Shown here one piece after another: positions 12,150 through 26,800 of a stretch of 64,000 bases of DNA. Position numbers and translations under genes: made by a program. Within the stretch, counting starts at the first letter, position 1, and the number at the start of each line of letters is the position of its first letter. The notes beneath the pieces are model-generated. The model was not told where the DNA came from, ran no database searches, and saw nothing but the letters and a program-made list of their open reading frames with translations. The DNA comes from Cenococcum geophilum. Lineage: Eukaryota. Location of the stretch: NCBI GenBank assembly GCA_050273025.1, contig CP158635.1, positions 27,032,001 through 27,096,000 of the forward strand. The letters run 5' to 3'.

Positions 12150-15100
12150 CAAATGCGTCTTTAGTAAGACTTAAGGGCATCTTTAGAATTTAAAAGCCCG
12201 CTTTTATAAACCTAGGTAAGCTTCTAAGCCACCTTATATTTGCGCCCTAACTTAGTTATTCTTTCCCCTAAAATATCATTAATCTCCCATTTATTATCTA
12301 AGCTTATTTTATTAATTTTATCTTTTTTAGTCCGGGTATAACGCTTTATAGTAGGCTCTGGGTTTAAAACGTCGCTTTGGTTATTAGCGACGCCACTACT
12401 ATTACCGTCCTTATCCTTATTATAAGTATAATTACTAGCCTCGTTATAAGACGGTTTAATGCTGTGGAGAAGGGTAGGCTTTTAAAGCGAAGGGCTAGCG
12501 AGCTACGGAGTAGATACTGCTTACTGGTTAACTTGTAGGTATTAAGAATTAAGGTTAAGGATAGAAGGGATAGGGGGGCTAGAAGACAAGTCTTTATAAT
12601 AGGCGGGTGGCCTTTATTACTTCTAGGGACGTAGACTATTACCGCCCTCGCCGCCCTCGCCACCCCTACTACTCTCTTTAGTAGGGTTATTAGAATTATA
12701 ACTGTTATTAACCCTATTTTCTAGTGGTCTAATATCGCGAGGAGATATATAGTGCCGGGGGGAGGAGCTGGTAGGCCGCGCAGTAAAGACCGCTCGCTTT
12801 TTAATACCGTCACTATTGTTAAGGCTAAGGGTAGGAGAGCTGGAAGGCGTGGTCCTCCGGGAAGTAGGTAACCTTTATTACTTCCTAGGTCGTACGCTCT
12901 TACCACTCTTACTAATAGAAGTATTAGAGATATAATTAATGCTATTTAGTTAATTAAGCTAATCGGACCTCCGCTTCTTTAACTTCTTAGCTCCTAAAGA
13001 CTCTTAACTGGCAGCTACTAATATCCTAAGCTCCTGCCTAAACTGCGGAGCAGTTCTAATGCGACGCCCCTTAGCTGAATTATCCGTTTAATTGCCGTCT
13101 AGCGTTAAGGGTATAGTACGGTTATATATAGGTACGCGTACCTCCTCTTCCAGCGCTTCTAATAAAGGCAGCTCCTTATTATCTTTATTATCCTTATTAC
13201 TGCCGTTATTTCCGTTATCTACTAATTATTAAATAAGGCTATTATAAATTAAAAAGGAAAGCGCATACCTAATTTATAAGGTATTAGTTAATTATTAGCT
13301 TTATTAGCTTTGTTATTAGTGTTACTAGCTTTATCGCCCTTAGCTTCCGAGTCCAGATCGGCTATATTATCTTTAATAACTATTAAATTTTCTACTAGTT
13401 GTTAGATATACATATTTACAACTGCTAGGGGAATAGGGAAAGTATAGTAGGGTAATTATAGGGGATAATTACCTTGACTTCCTCTAGAGACTTAACTGTT
13501 ATTTCTATCCCTATAGGAATCTTCCTTGTTGTCCTCGTTATCCTTATTATCCTTATAATACTTCTTATAAGCTTTCTTATAATTATATATAGGGTCTATA
13601 GGCGCTTTATTAGATGGAATCTCCAAAATTAAGGCCCTAGGTGGAATAACATGCTATTAAGTGCCTAAGCTTTTAATGCTTCTTAGCTTTTCGGGGGGAA
13701 AAGAAGTACTCCCCTATTTCTCCTTTTGGGTTTACTGCTCATACTTTTCTTAGGGGCTGTAATTACATAATACTAAGAAGCCCTTAGTTTTTTAAGGGGT
13801 ATAGTATAGAAATTAATATTATTAAGTAAAATTTCTAAATAAAAGCAAAGGGGTTAAGAAGATGCTACTATTACTACCGCTATTATTATTAGAGTTATTA
13901 TTGCTTTATGTCTTTCTAATAGCCCTAAAGGATGGGTTACGCTAGGCTTTTAAGTCTACGCTAGTTTCCTCTTCGCCACTGGCTTATATCCGCAGCATTT
14001 ATACTAAAATAACCCTATTAGCTTAATAGCGAATCAAAATATATAATCTACACTCTATTGGTAATTACCGTTTATAACGCATAAAGGTTTATATAGGCTT
14101 AAACTGTTATAAGATTAACGCCTATTAAAAAACTATAATTAAGACCTAATTAACTAAGCTGGTATATTCTGCCTCTAATAGGGGTATCGCACTAAGCCTC
14201 CCTATTAAGGAGGTTAGTAGCGAAGTACCTCCTCTACCCTTATTCCTTAGAGTTAGGGCTAGCGCTAACATGTCCGTTTTCCACCCTAATATGCTAGCGA
14301 GCTAGATCCTCCGCGTTAGATCCTCCGCGAGACTATAATTCCTAGTATTAAATAGGTAAAGGGCGTGCCGTAATTCTACTGTAAGCATTAAAAGACACTT
14401 TAAGTAATAAGGGCATCCTTAAATCTCTCCCCTAGATTAGAGGAACTTCCTTAGTTATACTCTACGGAGCTTATAGCCGCTGCTTAACCTCCTAAATATG
14501 CGTAAAAGCCTTACTTTTACCCTTGCCTATAGCCGGATGTTATAAATAACATAAGGGGGCAGATAGCGCGAGTAGATTAGGCGATTACGCCCGTATCTAT
14601 CTTAGCCCTTTTAGCTAATACAGCCACCGCATAAAGTCCGTCTCCGTTAGGAGATTAAATACACGAATTTTTCTCTAGTATTTATTAGCCAAGAGTAGAA
14701 TTATAATACCAGCTCTACTAGAAGCCAGGCTATACTACTAAATAGGCCATTTACCCCTAGATTCCGCCTTATAAGTCTTAGGTCTATATAAAGGATATTT
14801 TTATATAACCCGTACCTCCTTAGCTAAATAGGGGGCTAAATTAGACTAAAGCCTGGCGGCTTCTCTAATTGCAATATAATCCTTTAATCGTTAGGGAAAA
14901 GTAAGGTCTAGGTCTAGGTTAAAAAGGCGCTAAGGAGGGCGAAGGCTTCTAGCTTCTGGCGGCGCAGCTTTAACTAAGCTAAGTGACTGGCATTAGCCTA
15001 TAGTTTCGCTAAGGATCCACTTCAGCGTCCGGCTTCGCCTTTATTATAACGCTATAATATGACACTGCTTAACGCGTCCCGCAGCTTATAGTAGCTATAA

Positions 15101-15200
15101 CCCATATAATCTATTGCTAGGCGGTTCTCAGCACAGCCTTATAGCCATTTATAGCTGTTCTAATAGGGATTAAGTCGTATATTATAGTTATGCCTAAGAC
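12150..15200 (-). pseudogene. RIP-inactivated large gene of unknown function with a C-terminal chromodomain-like motif
   Basis: Long plausible minus-strand frame (e.g. 14340-14700, including a CPHC motif) and a WEIDDILGERMTKSGRKYEVAWK-like segment at ~12220-12292. Boundaries uncertain. Confidence 0.4.
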
Positions 15201-15682
15201 ACTGCTAGAGGCGGAGGTAAAGAAGAGGATAAACGGAAATGTTATTCCGGTATACTAATTAGTAGAGGACGTAGGTAGGAGGAGAGGAGAGAGAAGAGAA
15301 GAAAGGAGGAATACGGTAGGACTAAAGCATGCGTTAATACTAGGAGAGAGTATAAATATGTCCCATAAAAAGGGCTAAAAAGTTATAGCGCTAGGTAATC
15401 GTTAGTATAAAATATGCGGAGATTAGGGAAGGCGGGCAGAGCACCTATATAGACGCTAAGGGGATAAAAAATGCCTTACGGCTAACAGCTAAAGTCTAAG
15501 GTGGCACGGTAGCGGGAAAAAAAAGAGGAGATGGAGCATAAGGGCAAAAGTAGTAAGGGAGAAGGCCTTTTATAGTCAAGGTTGAGGTTAGGTCTTGGCC
15601 AAACTAGGGTAGAAAAGCGAGCGCGCCTTGCCCGTAAAGGAACCTCCATTTCCTAATACGTGGTCTCTATTTTATTTTTTAC

Positions 15683-18600
15683 GTTATATATCTTAGCAGC
15701 AAGCTAGTACTTTAAGTTATTAACTTCTTAACCTCCTTCTAAGCCGCATATTTTTTAAAGAATATATTAGTTAGGAATATATAGGATACCCTTTAATTAT
15801 ACTAAATTAATATCTACCTAGGACCCCCTAATTAAATTATCTATAATATAGAAAAGAACTTCTTATTTATAAAGTTTCGATAATAGATAAAGGCAATAGT
15901 AATTAAGGTTAAGGAAGTCCCTATTAAGGCACATAATAGTATTAAAAAGGTGGAGCAATATTATACGCTATTACGTCGCGTATATAAGATTATCTCTTTA
16001 AAACTAGAAAATACTAGTAAAGAACTTACCTTGCAAATAGCTATTAAAGCCGTTAATAATTCCACTAGCCTAGATAGACTCGTACCTATATTACTAGTCT
16101 TTAGCGCCTACCCTTAAATAATTAATAATTCTCTACTATCTCCTTCCGTTATATAATGAGCTAAGGCTATTTATAAGGTAATAAAGAAGGTGCGACGTCT
16201 TTATATTATACGCTAGGTTAATAACGCACTAGGAATAAGAAATAGCCTAAATACCTTAACTATACTTAATCTACCACTCTAGTCTAAGGTACGCGTATAG
16301 CATAAAAAGGGAGGGTAGTTAGGCTTATATTAACTTATTATAATTAATAGTTAAACTTATACTATTTAGATGCCTTATAGACCCACTTAATTCTATTTAA
16401 CCATTATTAAGCTTTATTATAAAAACAATAGTTCTAAGCCTTTATAGGATGCCCTAAAAAAGAACTACGATTAACGTACTTTAGGAGGCGACTATAATTC
16501 TAATATAATTATAATAGAGGTTCCGCAACTATAACGCGGCAAAGGTCGCCTAAAGGGATTATAAAATCGCCAATATCTTATTAATTTTAAAGAGTAATTT
16601 ATTGCCGCTATTAAGAATAGAGTTAAGTTATTAATGGCCTTTATAACAGCTAAGGAGAAGGCTAACTTTAAGCTCGCAAAACAGCTTTAAAAGGAAGGTT
16701 ATATTATAATACCTAGAGCTCCTTTCTAAGCATCTAATAAGTAGGAGATTAATAGTCTTATTATAAGAGGAGTCTTTAAATTTAAGAAGTATAACCTTAC
16801 TAAGTTTAATAGAGTATATATTTTTAAGTTAAGAATAGTTAATAAGATTAAGGGCAAAGCTACTAACGCCCTATTTAAGAAATTAAGGCTTATTATTTAA
16901 GGTTATAACAATAATAGTAAGGAGGTAATTCTTATGTAATCTTCTATAATTTAACGAGCTAGTTAATAAGTTATTATTGCGCTAGCTCCCTCCTTAATAA
17001 AGAATAGAATAGCGGTTTATTTATAAGATATTACCTAGGCCTATACCTAATTAGGGACGCACCTTTAGCGCTTAATATTAGCATACCTTTTAGAGTAAAT
17101 TCGCTACCAATATCCTAAAGATATAATTATAGTTGTGTTTAAGCCATTATATAGAATTATAAAGGCAGGAACTTATTAGTAGACTACCTATAGTAAGCAC
17201 TATAAAGAGAAGCTTTTAATAACTACTTCTATATTTAATCCTTACTTCCTTATTATAACTATAGGAACTCTATTTAGAATTATTAGCATATAAACTAATA
17301 ATATAATTATCTTAGGAGACAACTAATTTTTAGCTCTTAAGGAAGATAAGCTAATAAAGGTAAATCTTATAATAAAGCTAAAGGAAAAGCTTAATTTAAT
17401 AACACTATTACTCTTTAATAGATATATCCTCGCCCTAAATAAAAATTCTATTACTTTACGCTAGAAGGGTTAAGGTAAGAAGATTAATATTATTAATATT
17501 AATTCTTTAAAGTAAAGATACGTAGAGTAACGCGCTTGTAAAGTATATATTACTTTTATCTATTAACCTAAGGCTTTATTTAATCTCTCTATTACCGCCT
17601 AATATTAGAAACTAACTAAGGATAATATTCTTGCCCTAAATAAACGTCTTTTTTAGTAAATAAACTATCTTAATTAGGGACTACTCTATATGCCTATTAA
17701 TCTTCCTACCGCTAAGCTCTTTATATTTATTAATAGGTCGTTTATAAATAATAAAGATTTTAGCTCCTAGCTAGGATATAAGATTATTATTATAAATGAC
17801 TCTACTAAAGAGAATAACTTTATAATTTATGGTAATCTTATCTACTAGAGCTTAACTAAGAGTAAGTATATTACTTAAAGCGTTCTAGTATTAAAGATAT
17901 ATAGAATAGTTAGCGGAGTTAATATAGTAATTATAATTAGAACTACCCTAAAGATAATTATAGATTAATTTAAACTTTCTACTATCCCTATAATTATATA
18001 CACTAACTTATATTTCCTCTATAAGTATTTAGTTAAGCTTAGTACTATAAAGGAGAAGCGCCTTATAATTAATATTATAGTACTTTAATAATCCTATAAG
18101 CGTTAAGAACTCTTTAAGATTTAATAAATTAATAGCTAAAATAACCTAGTAAATATAATAATGAAGGCAAACCTAAATAAGGCACTAGAGACGTTTGTTA
18201 ATATAAATACTCTATATATATAAGTTAAAGGTTAGGTTAAAAGGGAGTAGGAGTATAATATTCTGTAAACCTTAACTTAAACTAGCTAATTAGGATTTTC
18301 TATCCCCGGGATAGAAAATTGCTATTAGCTCGCTTACTACTAGCGCCTTAGCGGCCCTCCTAATAAGATATCTACCTATAACTCTTAAGTAAGAAAGCAC
18401 TACGTGCTAAGAGGCAAATTTTAGGATAGCGAGACTTATATTATAATAGCAATAGTAAGTAAGGAAGATTAATATTTATTACGCTAGTTAAGCGGTATAT
18501 ATATATAAATGGCAACCGCAAAAGAAGAGTTGCTAATATTGGGAATATAGGCAAGTTACCGTTACGTAAGGCAAGTTGCCGTTACGTGTTGCCGCGGCAT

Positions 18601-18717
18601 TAGCGTGGCGAGGAGTCCTAAGCTCCTCGCCCTTCCTTAAGCAAGAGGAATATAAAATAACAATTATTATACTACCTACAACTTATAGATATGTGATATT
18701 ACCTTATATTACTAACA
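15683..18717 (+). mobile_element. 5'-truncated Ty1/Copia retrotransposon (integrase-RT-RNase H plus 3' LTR), RIP-mutated
   Basis: Aligns by eye to the pol of the Copia at 35060-37660, differing mainly by transitions. Purine tract followed by an LTR at 18537-18717. Confidence 0.9.
18537..18717 (+). repeat. 3' LTR of the truncated Copia
   Basis: t(g>a)ttgggaat…actaaca. The 5' half is similar to the LTRs at 32108 and 37875; the 3' half differs. Confidence 0.8.
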
Positions 18718-18720
18718 CTA

Positions 18721-19144
18721 TATTATAAAATTAGATTCCTTAAACCCTTTTAACTATTTAAGGTAAAATACTTTAAGCTCGCCCCTACTAGCAAAGAGGG
18801 TGGCTAAGTCGCACTATAAAAGGCTAGTTTAACTAGAATGTATAATTATCTAATTAATAGTATAGAATAAGAGTTATAGGTAAGTAGAAGATAAGTTAAG
18901 GTAGAACAAGCTTTATATAATAAAGGATAAATACTTTTTAACCTCTTTTATTTAGAGACTAATTGCTAGTTTTTCTCTAGAGGAGAACCAGCTCCCTATA
19001 TAATCCTTTTAAGACGCTAGTAAAACCCTTCGCCTCTTATCTATTTAACTATATCTTTTAGGATATAGATAGAATATAGATAGGATATAGATAAAACCTC
19101 TTACTATCTTATCTAATATATACCTTCCAGGGGATTCCGTTACA
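18721..19144 (-). repeat. Probable 3' LTR of Gypsy B
   Basis: Ends …ccgttaca at 19144, immediately next to a minus-strand polypurine tract. No second copy in the window, so the left edge is uncertain. Confidence 0.5.
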
Positions 19145-20404
19145 ATTGCCTCCCCTTTAAGGATTTTAGTTCTCTAAAACTTCGCCTCTATTAATCTTTT
19201 ATAAAGTTCCAGCTAAAACTACTAGGGAAAATTCTTAGTAGAAAGGTACTCTATAATGCGGCTTATAGCTAGTTTTTTACTAGCGTAGAACCTTACTTTA
19301 TCTTTAGTTCCTCTACTCTTCTTCTACTATAGCTCTTTATAATGCCTTTATAATAGAACTAAAATAATAATAATAAAAATTAGATGGGATTTACCTTTTT
19401 TATTATAAGAGTTTGTTATAAGTTAATCTAGAGGTTGTTCTATATAACGCGCCTACTAGCTACTATCTCTATTTACCTAAAATAGGTTCTAATAATAACG
19501 TCTTAATTTTAATTTTCTCCTAGTTTATAAGCTATCGCCTCTTATACGTCTTTTTATTAATAACACTATTTGTTTCGTCTTTTAGCAGACTGTTTTTACT
19601 ATATCTTAGCTTTTAGCTTCTATATCTCTAGCTATTTTTTTATAACTACTTTATTCTCTTTTTACTACACATCTATAAGTAATAGGATCCCTATTTTATC
19701 TCTATTAATAATACTAATTTCTTATAATTTTTTTAATAATAGCTTATAGTTGTACTGCGCGTCCCTAAACCGGCGGCGGTATTATTTTAGTACTACCCTA
19801 AACCACCTCTATTGCTTCTATAGTAATTTCTCTAAAGTACTACCGTTATTATATTTACGCGCTTATACTAGATCCGTCCTATACCTATAAAATACTTTAT
19901 TCTAGTAAAAATAAATCTAAGTATTTCTATTGCCGTAGTAGGAAAAAGACCTATATTCTAGTATTTTCCATTTTATCCTATTTTAAATTTTACTAATTAT
20001 ATTAAATACCCGTTATCTATACGCGTAAGACTTATAAGCTTTAGCGCGCTATCTAGGATTTCTACTTTTATCTAAATAGCGATAGATAGGAATAGAAGGT
20101 ATCTACCCTTACTTATAGGCTCTTAAATTTAATAAGGGTTTCTACTACTATAGAGATATAATAATCTTAGATATATAGTGTCTAAGAGCGTATATATAAG
20201 CAGCTTACCCTTATAAATAATAACATTCGTACTTTTACGCGGGCCTTTTTAGCCATATAAGTTTCTCTAGTAATATAATTAGGAACTATACTAATTCTCT
20301 TAGCTAACGGCTTTTAGATCCCTGCTTAGATACTAATTTAGAGCCTAAGGATACTAAGAATAGTAATAAAAGTTATAATAAACGTTCTCTTCGCTGGTCT
20401 CCTA

Positions 20405-20826
20405 TGTTACGGACGCTTTAAGTACAATGTTATAACTACTTAGAGAGGAGTTAGAAGAAGCTAGTTGGTTAATACAAGCACGGTTTAGGATAGAGCCGAT
20501 AGAACCATGTGATGAAGAATGGTAAGCAAGTTATATAATATGCTACGTATTAAACAAGAGGAATGGGAAGAACTTATGTACCTTATGTATAATACGTACA
20601 TCACGTATAAGAAGGATTTTATAGGAGTACGGTTATGTATTTAAGGACCCTTGGTCCCTACTTAGATAGTTCCTTCCTTATAGTGATTTTTAGAATATAA
20701 TTAGAGTTAATCTATTAGGCAACCACTCCACCAGTTATTATTACGTTGTTAACTTTAATTTATATTACCTACATACCTAGCCTATTAACGAGCCTATTAT
20801 AGTACTTGCTATAAGGTTCCGTTATA
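20405..20826 (+). repeat. 5' LTR of Gypsy A
   Basis: tgttacggac…ccgtta(c>t)a, direct repeat of 30521-30942. Confidence 0.95.
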
Positions 20827-20869
20827 TAATTACTACCTAGTTACAGTATTAAATATAGAAAGTCGAATA

Positions 20870-23800
20870 ATATGCTACTAAAAGTAGCTACTATAACACT
20901 ATTAACGGCGGCAACTACTTTAAGGTTAGGAGGTGATACTAGTATAGCAGATACTAACTTATAATAACCTATAACGGTTAGACAACTATAAGAGATAGTT
21001 GACTAGTTAATAAAAAACAATGCGACGCTTAAATAAAGGATTAACAGGATAGGGGTAGCGAAGATTAAGTTACCTTCAATTAAGAGATTCTTAGGAGAGA
21101 GATTAAAGCTTAAGGGATTTCTTATGTAAATGCACTTTAAGGTTACGTAGGAAGGAGTAAAATTGCTAACACCTATGGATCGAATAGCTTATGCAGGACT
21201 ATTCCTATTAGGAAGAGCACTTAAATGGTTTAAGCCTTACCTTATAGAAATATAAGTAAATAGAATAACGATAACGAACTAAGAGGCATAGTTTATGTTC
21301 TTAAGCTAAAGCGGATTCGCAGAGCGACTTATATAAATATTTGGAGACCTAGAGGCAACAACTATAGCGGAAAGAAAACTCTAGGATATTATATAACGAA
21401 CCTTAGTAATTAAGTACATAACGTAGTTCTAAACGCTAGTAATATAGGTTAAGTAGAATAATAAGGCGCTTATGGCATAGTATAAACAGGGACTTAAGGC
21501 TAAAGTTTAGGATATAATTATTTTGATGGAAGATACGAACACCCTAAGGGAATTAATAGATTAAGTGATAAAGATTAATAATAGGATCTACTAAAGGGAG
21601 CAGACTAAGAGAGGTTAGAATAGAGTTCTATAGTTATATAAGGCGTAGAGTATGCAATAACTAAAGCTAAGTTAAAAAATATAGTATGGCGTAGAGCTAA
21701 TAGACCTAAGTAGTACTAAAGAAACCTATAAAAGATAGAGTAAGAAACTATAAAAACCTAGAGGTTAAAGATCTAGTAATTATAGGACTAAGGAGTATAG
21801 GCTAAACTAGGGATCTTATTAGCAGAAGACGTTTAGGCGGACTTTATAGTAAAGTTAGTGGTTTAGAGACGGAGCTTATATAAATTGCGGGAAATAGGGT
21901 TATTTTGCGAGGGATTGTAAAGATAGTTAGAGTTACTATGTAATAAAGGGAACCTAACTAGTAGAAGATATATATATATAGAGGGATAATAGTATACTGC
22001 GAGGAATAAAAGAGTGTTTAATTAGAAGTTTTGCGTTTTATTATAACAACGCATGCCGAATTTATAAAGACGCTAAGTACGGCGTAAGCTATTAGCTATA
22101 AAAGCTAGAGTTAAAAGGACTTAGAGGAACTATAGAGTTAGATAAAGAATAGGATTAACTTTATAAGCTAGATTAAGATGTTACAGTAATATACAGATAA
22201 AGATTAGTAATAATAATAATAGAGTTAGAGTACTTATTAATTAATAGCGATAAGGACAGTAAAGGAACTAACTAGGGGTATCTAAACCTTAATAACGTAA
22301 TAGAAGTAAAGACTAAGACCGCTATAGAGCAAGGTTCAATAATGGGTATTATAACACCGTTAGATACGGCATCCATCGCTTTATAAGACGGAAGGAGTAA
22401 TATCTAAAAGGGATTAAGTAAGTAGATAACTGCTAGTATTAGCTTACTATTTAATAAAGGCAAAAGGCTAAAGGCTTAAGATTCTTAAGATAAGATAAGA
22501 GAGATCTAAGATTCCGATAAAAGGATAAGAATAGCTTAAGGACCTATAACGGACGAAAACTGATGGAGCAGAGTAGTAGCTTAGTTTAAGAATATATAAA
22601 TAAGCTTGGGACAGAGTTTCCTAACGGCATAAGATTTTTAAGACGAGATAAGTAAGATTTAAGACTTTTAAGACAAAATAAGAACACTAAAGACGCCTAG
22701 TTGGACTAAGGCGGGAGCTAAGCTTAAGTCAGAAGCAAGCTTAGGATTAAAGAATCTAAGGGACTAAAGATTTAGGGCATAAATAAGGGTACCTATAAGT
22801 ATAAAGCAAGGAGCTTCCTTATAGATTAGAGAATCTGCAGTATAAATAGTAGTTAGACTAGGAGATAAGCATATGGACCTAGAAGACCTACTAGGGGAAC
22901 GCAGTATTTAACCTAAAGATTAAAAAGCTGATATTAAGATTAAGAAGTATAAAGACTTTAAGGATCCACTTATAAGACATAAAAAGAAAGAAACTATAGT
23001 AGAATTTAGAGCAAGAATTGCTGTATAGTAAGAGTAGAAACTAAATAAGAGGTCTAGTATACCAGGTTGTATAAGGGACAGAGCACCTATATAAAGAATT
23101 ACTAATAGGCCAAGAATAGGCACACTAAGAGCTAAGTGGCTTACTAAACTAGAATAAGAAGAGGATCTAGGAATTTTAACTAGGTTTAAAGAACAATATA
23201 CTAAAGGTTGTTATAACGTAGTAATAAAAAAATACTTCCTTACGGATAAGCCATATATACTTAAAGGGTTATACTAAAAGTAGTATAGATAACAACATAA
23301 TGATAAGTAGGAAGATTTCTATATATGGTTAGATAAAAAAGTTATTTAAGACCACCCGATTATAGAAAAGGCCATAACTTATATTAAAGGAGCCTTAATT
23401 ATAATATTAAAGGATCTAGAGGAGTAATTAGAGGACTGGAGAAGTAAAAGGCGAATCTTAGTACCTGCGAATAAAGTTATAATGCTTAGATTAATACGTA
23501 AAAGGTTTAAACTTAAGAATAAAAATGAGCTAAAAGTTAACCTAAGACACTAAGTATATTATATATTATCGTAGATAGTATATGTGGATAATGCGTGTAA
23601 TATATATAGAGCACCTAAGGACAAAAATTAGAAGTATTTAAGAAGAATATATTGGATGACGGATGAGGCGAAGTATTAAAACGCTAAGTATATACATAGT
23701 TGGCACCCTATAGAAGTTTAAGAATAAGGGAACTTAATACTTTAACTAGAAAGATTCCTTATAGAAGAATGCCTAGATAGATAACAATAGTAGGAATGTT

Positions 23801-26800
23801 TAGAGAATACTTGTCTATAGTATATTAAAGACAAAAAGCGAACTAAGTATTAGCCTAAGTTAGACTAAGTATAAACAGGATCTAGTAGCTAATAGTTAGG
23901 AAAAGTAGAGGCCTATAGGACTAGAGGGAGCTAGTAGTAAAGCCTTAGACCCTTAAAGGAATTTAAGGTTAATACCTAAATTTATAAATAAAGTGGTAAG
24001 ATTAATAGTTTGAGGCATTAATAGATAGTGGAGCAATAAGGAACTATATTTTGCTAGTAGTAGTTAAAAGAATGGGATTACCATACAGAAAAAAGGAATA
24101 TTCTTACCTATTAGTGACAATTTTAGGAGATCTGATAGCCTATAGAGGAGGTATTATTAATCTTAAAATAGGACCTATTTAGTTAACTATTAAAGGGAGA
24201 TAAATTAAGATGTCTTTTAATATATTACTATTAGGGAATAATAAGGCGGTATTAGGAATGCCTTAGTTATAAGAATATAATCTAAGGATTGATTAGATTA
24301 TAGGCTAGGTTAATATTAGGAATACTTGACGCCGTAAAATGTAATAATAAGCTAAGTTGGTATAGTACTAAGCGGGAGCAACCTATAAAGAAACAGAAAA
24401 AGGGTTAGGCTATATACTAAAGAGATATTATAAGTATGGTAAGAAACTATAGTTACCGGAAAGTAAAAAGCTGTTAAAGTATATAGTATAGGACTATAAG
24501 ATAGAATTAAAACTAGGAATAAGTCTAAGGTTCTTTCTAATCTATAAGCTTACTAAAGAAGAAGGTAAAGTATTAAAAGAGTTTGTCTAAGAAAACTTAT
24601 AAAAGGGATATATTAAACTATTATAGTCATTAGCGGGTTATCCAGTACTGTTTATACTAAAAAAAAATAGTAAACTAAGGCTGTATATTAACTATAGATA
24701 GTTAAACAGCATTACTAGAAAGGATAGGTATTCTTTACCTTTAATTAGCGAAATCTAAAATAGGATAGGTAATGCGCAAATCTTTATAAAGATAGATCTA
24801 AAATAGGTGTGCTATTAGATTAGAATTAAGGAAGGCAATAAATAAAAGGCAGTCTTTAGGTTAAAAAAAGGACTATATAAACTATTAGTTATATAATTTA
24901 GGCTTATAAATATACTAGTAATGTTCTAGAAGCGAATTAATAATATATTAGGAAAATACTTAAATAATTTTATTATGGTATATCTTAACGATATTATTAT
25001 CTACTTAATAATTAAGGAAGAACACGGAGAATATATTAAATGGGGTTTAAAGAGACTATAAAAAGAACAAATGCTAGTAGCAATTGAGAAATGCGAGTTC
25101 TTTACTAGGAAAACCGATTTTATAGGATTTATTATTAAACTAGGCTAACTTAGTATAGATCTAAAGAAGATTAAGGCTATAGTAAATTAGTAAGAACTAG
25201 AGAACGTTATATAGTTAAGATTATTTCTAGGGTTTTATAATTACTGCAGAAGGTTTATAGCGCAATAGTTAAAGGATATTAAGCCATTTACGTAATTAAT
25301 GAAGAAAGAAGAACTATTTAAAGAAGTTAAAAGGTTATTTACCTAAGAGCTAGTTCTTAAGATCTATTAACTAGGGCTAGAGACGGTTATAGAAATAGAT
25401 GTATTAGACTTTATACTAGGAGTATATTTTATATAAAAGCATCTAAACAGATGGCATCTAGTGGTATACTATAGTTAGAAGATAATACTACTGGAACTAA
25501 ACTATAACATCTATAATAAGGAGTTATTAGGTATAGTTATAGTATTAAAAAAATAAAGAGCATTCTTATAAGGTACGGAGAAACTATTTATAGTTAAGAT
25601 AGATTATAAGAACCTAATAGGATTCCTAATAATAAAGGAACTCAACTAAAGATAAGTTAGATAGGCGGAAATGCTTATAGAATACTATTTTAAGATTTAG
25701 TATACTAAGGGTATAGACAACACGTAAGCTAATGCGTTAAGTTAAAAAGCTAAACTATAAAATAATGAAAAGCTATTAGGGGCTTTACTGCGAAAAGATA
25801 TAGATAGACTAATTAGGTATAATTATCTAAAAATTATAGTAACTTAAAAAAAATAAGTTAGAAAAAGTCTATAAGACGCTAGAAAGCTTTTAAGTATAAA
25901 GAATTCTAAAAGCATAGCTAGAAGATCTATAGATGGATATATATAAAAACTAAGAAGTAAAGTATATCCTAAGAAGCATAGCGGAACACTTTATAGAGGA
26001 TTTCTATAAGGGACTAATGTAGGAATATAACGGAGCTATAAGCTTAGTGTTAAGACTTTAAGAGGAGTATATTATTAACGGAATCTAGAGGATAGCTAGG
26101 AAGGTTACTAGAGAGTATTTAGATTGCTAAAGAAATAAACTAATAAGGTATAAGCTATATAGGGGGCTATAACCTATTAAAATACTAGAGAGACTATAGG
26201 AGGTTATATTATAGGACTTTATTATTAAGTTATTAAAATTAAGAGATCCTATTATAGGGTAAGATTATAATATAATCTTAGTAATAGTAGATAAGCTTAT
26301 AAAGTAGGGATACTTTATAGCCTATACAGAAGAAATCTTAGCGGAGAATATCGCTAGAATCTATATTAAAGAAGTGTTTATAAGATATAGAGCACTAAGT
26401 AAGATTATATCGGATAGAGATCTAAGATTTATAGTAGCATTTTAGGAGGTATTCTTAGCGGAATAAGGAGTTTAAGCAGTAACTTCTACTATATATTATC
26501 CGCAGACAGACGGTTAAATAAAAAGATTAAACTAGACACTAGAACAGTATCTAAGGCACTATATTAATTATATATAGAACAATTAGGTATTATTATTACT
26601 AGTTATACAGTTTATATATAATATAATACTACAGGAAGGAATAGGTACTTTATTATTTAAGGCGAATTATGGATATAAGCCAAAAATATTATTATCGCCA
26701 CGCTAAGTAAAGAAGATAAGTAGTACAGCTAAGTAAAGAATAGAGACTTTAATGGACCTTTATATAAACCTTATAGAAATAGCTAAGGCAGTATAGCAGA

